A DNA stretch of 64,000 nucleotides, taken from positions 1,086 through 65,085 of the forward strand of contig CAYRYS010000002.1 in assembly GCA_964428555.1 (NCBI GenBank). Direction: 5' to 3'. Position numbers and translations under genes: made by a program. This document shows positions 17,846 through 25,031 of this stretch, piece after piece. Each line of letters opens with the position of its first letter. The stretch's first letter is position 1. Source of the DNA: an uncultured Spirochaetales bacterium. Its GTDB lineage: Bacteria; Spirochaetota; Spirochaetia; CAYRYS01. The notes below the pieces were generated by a model. That model was not told the DNA's origin and did no database searches. It saw only the letters and a program-made list of their open reading frames with translations.

Positions 17846-18883
17846 TTAAAAGAGTGCCTTTGCTAATTTAAGAATTCCCTGCTTCCATGGAACCCTGTGG
17901 CTCACTCCGCTATTTTGAGAAAAATTATCAAGATTATTTAAGTACCAGCGGTAGTTTCGTAGGAGAGCATCCTTGTTCGAAAACTTTGGGGTGAATCCAA
18001 GTTTTTTCTCTGCCTTTTCTATGTCCACAAAGGAATCTTTAGAAGCTGTTTCATATACCCATTTATAAAGCGGTGAGAGATGAAAGAATTCAAGAACCCG
18101 CAGTGTCCAAATCATTGGTGCTGCTGGAAAGCCTTTAATCTTTCTCCCGAATCCAGCTTCATCCAGTACTGCTTGGTAGTCTTCCTTCATGGTGGTAAAT
18201 TCCTTGGCTCCTATATTAAATGTATCATTGACCCGGTCTGCTTCCAGGGTCATGCACAAATAAATAGATTCGCAGAGGTCTTCAACATCCAGAAACTGAT
18301 ACCTGTTGTCCCCTTTTCCGATCATAGGGAAGTTTTTTCCGTCCTTTGCCCAATCATAAAACAGAGCAAATACTCCAAGCCGTTCTGGGCCGATAAAGGA
18401 TTTCGGTCTGATAATGGGAACGGTCATCCCCTTTTCCCTATATTCAAGACAAACGTTTTCTGCCTGGATCTTTGCTTCACCGTAGGGACCGACACCATCG
18501 AGCTTGTCCGACTCTACCAATGGGTGATGATCCGGTATTCCATATACTGCGGTGCTGGAAATTTGTATTGCCCGTTTGACATTATGCATGAATGCTGCAT
18601 CCATTACATTTCTTGTTCCCTCAATGTCAGTTGAAAAAATATCCTTTTTCGAATACAGAGGGAGCGCAGCTGCAGTATGGATAACAATGTCTGCTCCGTC
18701 CATACATTGGTCTACACAGACCCTGTCACGGATATCCCCTTTTACTGCTTCTATTTCATTCTTTTCCGGGTAATCGAAGTCGACAATGTCGAGAGAGATT
18801 ATATCATTTATTCCTTTTTCTTTGAGGTACCGGATTAGGTTGATTCCCAAAAAACCGCTTCCCCCTGTTATGAGTACGCGCAT
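17846..18883 (-). CDS. NAD-dependent epimerase/dehydratase (extended SDR, GalE-like)
   Basis: MRVLITGGSGFLG Rossmann motif and the YGEAK catalytic Tyr-x3-Lys. A GGAG SD lies 6 nt before the ATG at 18883. The ORF track starts two codons earlier at a GTG. Confidence 0.85.
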   Translation of the reverse strand: MRVLITGGSGFLGINLIRYLKEKGINDIISLDIVDFDYPEKNEIEAVKGDIRDRVCVDQCMDGADIVIHTAAALPLYSKKDIFSTDIEGTRNVMDAAFMHNVKRAIQISSTAVYGIPDHHPLVESDKLDGVGPYGEAKIQAENVCLEYREKGMTVPIIRPKSFIGPERLGVFALFYDWAKDGKNFPMIGKGDNRYQFLDVEDLCESIYLCMTLEADRVNDTFNIGAKEFTTMKEDYQAVLDEAGFGRKIKGFPAAPMIWTLRVLEFFHLSPLYKWVYETASKDSFVDIEKAEKKLGFTPKFSNKDALLRNYRWYLNNLDNFSQNSGVSHRVPWKQGILKLAKALF

Positions 18884-18931
18884 GGACACTCCTATGGATT
18901 TGAGTATGGAATTATTACAAATCTTTTTATT

Positions 18932-18961
18932 GTTATACTATGATTCAGTATTCAAATTCAA
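18932..18961 (-). promoter_or_regulatory. sigma70-type promoter candidate (TTGAAT - 18 nt - TATAAC) for the SDR-UbiA-GtrA-ArnE-like operon
   Basis: On the minus strand, -35 is at 18961..18956 and -10 at 18937..18932, about 50 nt upstream of the SDR start. Confidence 0.3.
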
Positions 18962-18983
18962 GGAATAAGGTTTTTACTGACTG

Positions 18984-20618
18984 CTATTTATTATAGGGAT
19001 TAATGATAATAGCCTGGGTCCAAGGGTCTTTCTCTTTCAGCCGTGTTTTTTTTGCCTTATAGCTGGGGTGTGTCTGGATAGCAATCTGTTTTTGTTCAGG
19101 TAGATAATTGTAAAAGTCTCTAGTAAAACATATTTCTCCAGTGTTAGCAATGTTGCACATTCTGGAAGCAAAATTTACCGGTTTACCGATTAGGGTATAA
19201 TCTAACCTAGTCTCTTCTCCAATATCACCGATAATGACAGGGCCTGCGTCAATGCCGATACCAATCGGTAAGAGTTTATGTACCCCAAGCCCTGCCTGGA
19301 TATCAATTGCGACATCGTAGGCTTCTGATGCCCTGGATTCAGGGAAGTAGGCCATAATACCGTCTCCCATCACTTTGTTTATTCTGCCGCCTTTTGCCCG
19401 TATGTGCCCTGCAATGTATTCCTGCTGTTGGTTCAACGTCCGTACAATCTCATCCGGAGGTAGTTCTTCACTCCAGCCGGTAAACCCGCGAATATCGGTA
19501 AAGAAAATAATGAGCTTTGCTTTCCTTGCCATTAGCCGTTTTTCAAGGAGCACATCCACGTTCTCTTCATTTCCATACTGCATGGAGTACTGGGCTTTCA
19601 TGAGCTTATTTCTGGCAGAGCTAATCAGTGTGTCAGATCTAACTGTTTTCATTCCGTCCCAGCTGTGGACCTTCTTTCGGGTCATAGGATTAGCTACCCC
19701 AAGTTCATAGCTCTTTCTTGCAACCGAGTCAGTAAGCAGAGAGATTGCTGCTGGGCCGAAATTAATTGCTTGGTTAATTACATCGTCAAAGGTTTCTGCT
19801 TCAACTGGTTCATTTGTCCAGAACTCGAGCCATTGGACAGCGCTTTCGATAATACTTTCAAGGTCTTTATCAGTTGGAGGATGCTGGAGCGTTTTTAGTA
19901 ATTGTCCTGGTTCTGCTTCTTTGAGTATCTCAAGATATTCAGGAACTTGTTCCATAATTATGCCGCCGTGCTGGGGCAGAATATGTTCAATATCCATTGA
20001 TTTTAATTTTGAATAGGCATAATCCACAGGTTCGTGAGAGGCAATGTAGTGGTCTATAAAGCCTTTCATAAGGTGTTTATGTTCTAAAGAGGCGAACAAA
20101 CTCCAATCCTTATTAAAGACAGCAAATAAGTCAGAGGAGAACAGGGTCTTGGTTGTTTTGTCGTAGGTGCCCATTGTTCCAGCAAAATGAAGGTATGGAA
20201 GATGTACAAATTGCAGGGTCCTTCCGGAGGCAAGCTTTAGGGAGTCACCGTCTCCTACCGGCAGAATATTATTACGGAGTCCGTAATAGGGCAGGAAGAT
20301 TGCAGTCCGGGGATGGGCAATAATTGTGCATTCTGGATGGACCAGTGATTCGAGAAAGGGAATAAGTCCGCAGATGTCTGGATCCTGATGATGGGCGATT
20401 ATGTACTTAATCTGGTCTGGTTTTATCAAGCTTTGAATTTTACCGAGGATTAGGTCTCTGAAAAAGGGATGTCCTGGACCCGGGTCTATAAGCACTGCTT
20501 CATTGTTGTCGATAATGAGATATGGGTTGTTTGCAAAGCCTGCTTCGTAGTCAGCAAAGCCTACCCAATAGATGTCTTTGAGAATTTTAACTGCCTGCTG
20601 ATCATCGAGTCTTTTCAT
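18984..20618 (-). CDS. metallo-beta-lactamase-fold (flavodiiron/ODP-like di-metal) sensor domain fused to a class III adenylate/guanylate cyclase
   Basis: The N-terminal ~250 aa has FDP-like ligand-bearing segments IIAHHQDPDICG, TIIAHPRT, FSSDLFA and ILPQHGG. The C-terminal cyclase core has LIIFFTDIRGFTGWSE, KVMGDGIMAYF, IGIGIDAGPVIIGDIG and LIGKPVNFASRM. Confidence 0.8.
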   Translation of the reverse strand: MKRLDDQQAVKILKDIYWVGFADYEAGFANNPYLIIDNNEAVLIDPGPGHPFFRDLILGKIQSLIKPDQIKYIIAHHQDPDICGLIPFLESLVHPECTIIAHPRTAIFLPYYGLRNNILPVGDGDSLKLASGRTLQFVHLPYLHFAGTMGTYDKTTKTLFSSDLFAVFNKDWSLFASLEHKHLMKGFIDHYIASHEPVDYAYSKLKSMDIEHILPQHGGIIMEQVPEYLEILKEAEPGQLLKTLQHPPTDKDLESIIESAVQWLEFWTNEPVEAETFDDVINQAINFGPAAISLLTDSVARKSYELGVANPMTRKKVHSWDGMKTVRSDTLISSARNKLMKAQYSMQYGNEENVDVLLEKRLMARKAKLIIFFTDIRGFTGWSEELPPDEIVRTLNQQQEYIAGHIRAKGGRINKVMGDGIMAYFPESRASEAYDVAIDIQAGLGVHKLLPIGIGIDAGPVIIGDIGEETRLDYTLIGKPVNFASRMCNIANTGEICFTRDFYNYLPEQKQIAIQTHPSYKAKKTRLKEKDPWTQAIIINPYNK

Positions 20619-20882
20619 ATTCTGCCTACATAATAGAGTATATATATAACCTATAGAAATACTATAAGAAAAATGAAAGAAACCAAATGAATCTTCTTAT
20701 TATTTTCCTTGCATTTTTCCATTAAGCAATATAAAGTTTTATAGTAGACAGAATAGTGTTTGCCGGTATTTCCATTAGTAGTCTGCTCTCCGTCTAAACA
20801 GGGTAGAGAATGGGTATGCAAAGCTGACTCTGTATTGTGTTATTATCTCCAGCAGCGGTTTTTTCTAATATTGGAAGTGTAA

Positions 20883-22583
20883 ATGGGAAATTTAATTGAT
20901 AAGTATTTAGGGAAAAAAGTTAAAGGCGCACGGGTCGTACCTCTTACTACAAAAATTATTATATTATTTGTAATATTTATCCTGGTGTCTAATTTTGCCT
21001 CCAACTATATTAACCTTATGCTCAACCGCGGTGAACTCTTGAAGCTTATGAACCGTCTTCTTGTAAAAGACTTGAAGGAAATGTATGGATTTGCGAATAA
21101 TCAGTATGAGATTTATCAGTATTCTCAGGATTTTGAGGAAGCGGTTAGCACTGTAGAAGAAAACGCACTTCTTGAAATGCGCGGAGAGCGCTCTGTTGGT
21201 TTAGGGATCCGTCCTGACGGCACCTATCTCTTTTTTGCATCTCCTTTGGAAAGAAGGGAAACTTTTACTGATGAAAATGCCCTCCAGAGAATGAACGAAG
21301 CCTTGGAAGAGGATTTGACGGAAAACAGCATTACCTTTATGCTGAATGGAGATCAGTATTTCGGTGTGTATAAATATAACCCCAGCTGGGACGTGTTTCT
21401 CCTCAGGGCTGAAGAGCTTAATGAGTTCTATGCTGAATCCTGGGCAATATTTAGAAATATTTCTTTGTTAATTATCCTTATTGCTCTTGTTTGTACTGCT
21501 TTAGGTACCTATATCATCAGGTATAATCTTCGTTTTGTTCACATTATTACTCATAAGATAATGGAGATGCATGAGAAACAGCATATTGATATTATCGATC
21601 TTTCCCATGCGCCAAATGATGAGGTCACGTATCTCGGTGCTTCCTTTAATGCGCTCTCTAGTACAATTAATAACTTAATGCGCATATTCCGGAAGTTTGT
21701 TGCGAAAGATGTTGCTCAACGGGCGTACAAAGAGCTGGAAATCCGTCTGGAGGGTGAGCCGAGAGACTTAGCGATTCTTTTCAGCGATATTAAGAGTTTC
21801 ACCTTTATTACAGAAACACTGGGAACTGATATCATAAAACTATTGAATATCCATTATCAGCGCGCGATCCACCGTGTTCACGATCACCATGGGGTAATCG
21901 GTTCAATTATTGGAGATGCCCTGCTCGCTGTATTCGGGACCTTTCATGAGAACACGGAGAATAAATCATTAAAATCTGTTTTAGCAGCTTATGAGATTCA
22001 GGCAGTGACTGCACAGTTGAGAAAAGAGATGAATGAACGGAGAGAAGAGGTTATTCGTGTTAAAGGTGGACTGACAAAGATTGAGGAACAAATATATAAG
22101 GCAGTGCTTCTTGAGGTTGGAGTAGGAATTGACGGAGGAGAGGTGTTTTACGGAAATATCGGGTCTACTGAGCGTATGACAAATACAGTCATCGGAGACA
22201 ATGTAAACTCTGCCTCAAGATTGGAAGGATTAACCAGAATTTATAAAGTGCCTGTTATCTGTTCGGAATATATAAAAAATGAAGTTCAAAAGGATATTGA
22301 CGATTTTTATTTTCTTGAGCTCGATACTGTCCAGGTAAAGGGAAAAACAATTGGAAAAAAAGTGTACTGGCCTGTAAGGAAAGAGTTTATTGATGCTGAT
22401 TTACAGAAAGATTTAGAGATTTTCCAATCTGCATTGGAGAAGTATTATGAAGGAGAATGGGAAAAAGCATACGAGATGTTCTCCTCTTGTAACTTGCCCC
22501 TTTCTGAAGTATTTGAAATGAGGACGAGAAATAGAGAATGTCCTGAAAACTGGAATGGTATATGGACAATGAAGACAAAGTAA
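20883..22583 (+). CDS. membrane-bound class III adenylate/guanylate cyclase (TM - extracytoplasmic domain - TM - HAMP - cyclase - C-terminal helical repeat)
   Basis: Two TM helices flank a ~170-aa external region. HAMP-like segment PNDEVTYLGASFNALSSTINNL. Cyclase motifs LAILFSDIKSFTFITE, GSIIGDALLAVFG, VGVGIDGGEVFYGNIGS and VIGDNVNSASRLEG. Confidence 0.8.
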   Translation: MGNLIDKYLGKKVKGARVVPLTTKIIILFVIFILVSNFASNYINLMLNRGELLKLMNRLLVKDLKEMYGFANNQYEIYQYSQDFEEAVSTVEENALLEMRGERSVGLGIRPDGTYLFFASPLERRETFTDENALQRMNEALEEDLTENSITFMLNGDQYFGVYKYNPSWDVFLLRAEELNEFYAESWAIFRNISLLIILIALVCTALGTYIIRYNLRFVHIITHKIMEMHEKQHIDIIDLSHAPNDEVTYLGASFNALSSTINNLMRIFRKFVAKDVAQRAYKELEIRLEGEPRDLAILFSDIKSFTFITETLGTDIIKLLNIHYQRAIHRVHDHHGVIGSIIGDALLAVFGTFHENTENKSLKSVLAAYEIQAVTAQLRKEMNERREEVIRVKGGLTKIEEQIYKAVLLEVGVGIDGGEVFYGNIGSTERMTNTVIGDNVNSASRLEGLTRIYKVPVICSEYIKNEVQKDIDDFYFLELDTVQVKGKTIGKKVYWPVRKEFIDADLQKDLEIFQSALEKYYEGEWEKAYEMFSSCNLPLSEVFEMRTRNRECPENWNGIWTMKTK

Positions 22584-23983
22584 AAGAACTAGTTATTCAA
22601 AGTAAGAACACTTTTCTCCGCTCTGCTGATCTTGGAGATCGGGGAATAAGTGGATTATATGATCTGGAGACTGAGTTTGCGAAGACAAAGAAAAACAGAA
22701 ATCCTATCATCGGGTTGATTGTCTTTCTCTTTATCGCGGTATTTGCAGTCAGTGCAGTAATTGTTACAAATTATATCCAAGCCAGAAGTACGGAGATCCC
22801 CATTGATATTGCGGATTTTCAGAGTGTAAATCTTAATGAGCTATTGGATACTGTACAGAAAACTGAGAACGACCTCAGGGTGCTGCGTAGAGAGCTGGTT
22901 ACAGTCAATAGGAGAATGGAACAGGAAATTCAGCAGATTAGGTCAGATTACGAAAGACAGCTTCAGATATTAAGCACTCAGCGGATTTCAGAGCAAGAAA
23001 GGCAGCGCCGTGCACAGGCCCTTGCTGATGAGCGTGATGCTGAAATAGAACAGACTCGGGAAAACTATTCAGGACCTATAACTGAATTGGAAACAGAGAT
23101 AGCTGCACTTGAAGACCAAGTATCAGCTTTTGATACCAGGCAGCTTGAAATGGCCAGAGAGCAGGAAGAGGTCCTAAGTAATGAGCGCAGACTGTTTGAG
23201 ATAGAGCGCCAGCAGCTTGTTGAAGATTATGAAGAACAGATAGATGAGTTGACAGAAGAGTACGAGAGGGAGATTGTAAGACTCGAAGAGCACAGACAAG
23301 AGCTGCTCGAAGAGACAAGGGAAAATTATCAGCAAGAGCTCCAGGAAGCTTTCCAATTGTATAATCCGGTTTTTTCGGAAGATGATGTTCTTTCCGTCAT
23401 AAACCAAGCCCTGTCTGAAGAAATAGATGAGTCAGGTATCCTTCATGGTTACCGCCAAGTACTTGCTGACAGAGACGTTATTTCCAATGAGGAATTTACC
23501 CAGCTGCGCAGCAGTATCGGAGAACTGCAGACTGTGCTCGACCGTTTGCGGGAAATACCCTATCAGAACAGCGTTCCAAGAGCCTTGAATAGTCTCGAAC
23601 AAATAGGGTTACGGATAGTTCGAGATTATGAAGACCTATGGCACAATGTTGCTCTCTTAGCAGAAGATAGAATTGCACGCTCTAATTACCTATATACTCA
23701 GCTAACTAGAGTTACCTATGCAATGGATTATCTTATTAGGGAAAGCGGTGAAAACGGCTATATTATTGATCCTAGAGACCAGTCCAATATTCTGGTTTAT
23801 ACAAATCAAATATTGAACCTTGAGACTGGCGATACCGGATACGTCTTTCGAAGCGACGATCAGTTTATTGCGACCATTGAATTCTTTTATCGGAATAATC
23901 AGGTCCGCGCCCGTGTTGAGGAGCTTGCAAATCAAGAAGAGCCGATTCGGCCGTTTGACATTATTCTGGTGGATGTGCAGTAG
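22562..23983 (+). CDS. membrane-anchored coiled-coil protein (hypothetical)
   Basis: It overlaps the cyclase gene by 22 nt. A single TM (IIGLIVFLFIAVFAVSAVIV) is followed by about 230 aa of E/Q/R-rich heptad-like sequence and a C-terminal beta-rich domain. Confidence 0.6.
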   Translation: MDNEDKVKELVIQSKNTFLRSADLGDRGISGLYDLETEFAKTKKNRNPIIGLIVFLFIAVFAVSAVIVTNYIQARSTEIPIDIADFQSVNLNELLDTVQKTENDLRVLRRELVTVNRRMEQEIQQIRSDYERQLQILSTQRISEQERQRRAQALADERDAEIEQTRENYSGPITELETEIAALEDQVSAFDTRQLEMAREQEEVLSNERRLFEIERQQLVEDYEEQIDELTEEYEREIVRLEEHRQELLEETRENYQQELQEAFQLYNPVFSEDDVLSVINQALSEEIDESGILHGYRQVLADRDVISNEEFTQLRSSIGELQTVLDRLREIPYQNSVPRALNSLEQIGLRIVRDYEDLWHNVALLAEDRIARSNYLYTQLTRVTYAMDYLIRESGENGYIIDPRDQSNILVYTNQILNLETGDTGYVFRSDDQFIATIEFFYRNNQVRARVEELANQEEPIRPFDIILVDVQ

Positions 23984-23992
23984 GAGAGTTGT

Positions 23993-24931
23993 ATGAAAAA
24001 AATATTGGTTATAATCCTTTTTACATTTATTTGCCTGTCTTTTGCTTTTGGGGCGGATTTTTCTTCAACTGCATGGAATGTTACTGAGGCAGGCACACAA
24101 GGGGGAGCTCAGCTTTATTCGGCAGAGAACAGCAGTGGACAGACCTTTAGGATAGCCAGCTACATTACTATCACCGATCAGATGGCACAAAACATTGCAT
24201 CAGCTGCTCAACGTTTTTACAACTGGCAGTATCTGGAAATAGACTCAATGAGCTTCGTTGTTTCAGAGCAGAACATTGAATTGAACATTGTGCCTGAAAG
24301 TTTTGTCTATAATTCAGCAGATCTATCTGAATACATGCCTTCAGGCATGCTTTTTTATATTGGTAATGAAATACTCTACAATTTCAGAATGCTTGCAAAT
24401 AACCTGTTTGTAAGGATGCGTGGCCAGCTGTACAATGAAACCCAGCTCTGTGAAAAAATACTTCGTGCTGTTAATAATCCGGTCGCCTTCATTCAAACCT
24501 ATGATCCTGAGTATATACAGACGAATTTTAGTGCGGTGTATGATGAGATTACTGCTCTCGAACAGACAGCTTTAGCACTAGCTGAAGAGACAGAATCCGG
24601 TGATGCAGTGCTCGCAGAATCTGTAGCTGAACTATTTGCACAGATTGCAGAACTTTCTGAGAGCCTATCTACTTTAAACTCGTCCCTTTCAGATCTTACA
24701 GAGCAGTTTCAAACACTTCGCCTTTCCGTTCTTTCTTTTGAAAACCGCGGGTTTTTCGGAGGGATTAATCAGGTTGATCCGAATGTTGTAGCTCAAATTG
24801 TTCAAATAAAACAGGATAATCCAGAGTTTACTATTAGCGATGTACAGGCTCGGTTGAGTGAGCAAGAGGTGAGTGTGTCTGTTAATGTAATAAGAAATGT
24901 ATTCGGCGCGTATTTTAATGAATTTGAATAA
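23993..24931 (+). CDS. secreted hypothetical protein
   Basis: AGGAGAG SD. Signal peptide MKKILVIILFTFICLSFAFG/ADF. The C-terminal third looks like coiled coil (ALAEETESGDAVLAESVAELFAQIAELSESLSTLNSSLSDLTEQFQTL). Confidence 0.6.
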   Translation: MKKILVIILFTFICLSFAFGADFSSTAWNVTEAGTQGGAQLYSAENSSGQTFRIASYITITDQMAQNIASAAQRFYNWQYLEIDSMSFVVSEQNIELNIVPESFVYNSADLSEYMPSGMLFYIGNEILYNFRMLANNLFVRMRGQLYNETQLCEKILRAVNNPVAFIQTYDPEYIQTNFSAVYDEITALEQTALALAEETESGDAVLAESVAELFAQIAELSESLSTLNSSLSDLTEQFQTLRLSVLSFENRGFFGGINQVDPNVVAQIVQIKQDNPEFTISDVQARLSEQEVSVSVNVIRNVFGAYFNEFE

Positions 24932-25031
24932 AATAAATAATTCAAGGACTACAACATTCCTGTAAACTTCTCTATAATGAAAAGCAAGCAATAGTATTAC
25001 TAAGTATAGCGCGCTATAGAGGTCAATAATT

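Noticed and set aside
20619-20882. A possible riboswitch or structured leader in the 264-bp divergent spacer between two cyclase genes.
   Set aside because: I found only imperfect short inverted repeats (for example CTCTCCG…GGTAGAG) and no match to any riboswitch core I can recall. Two divergent promoters are more likely.
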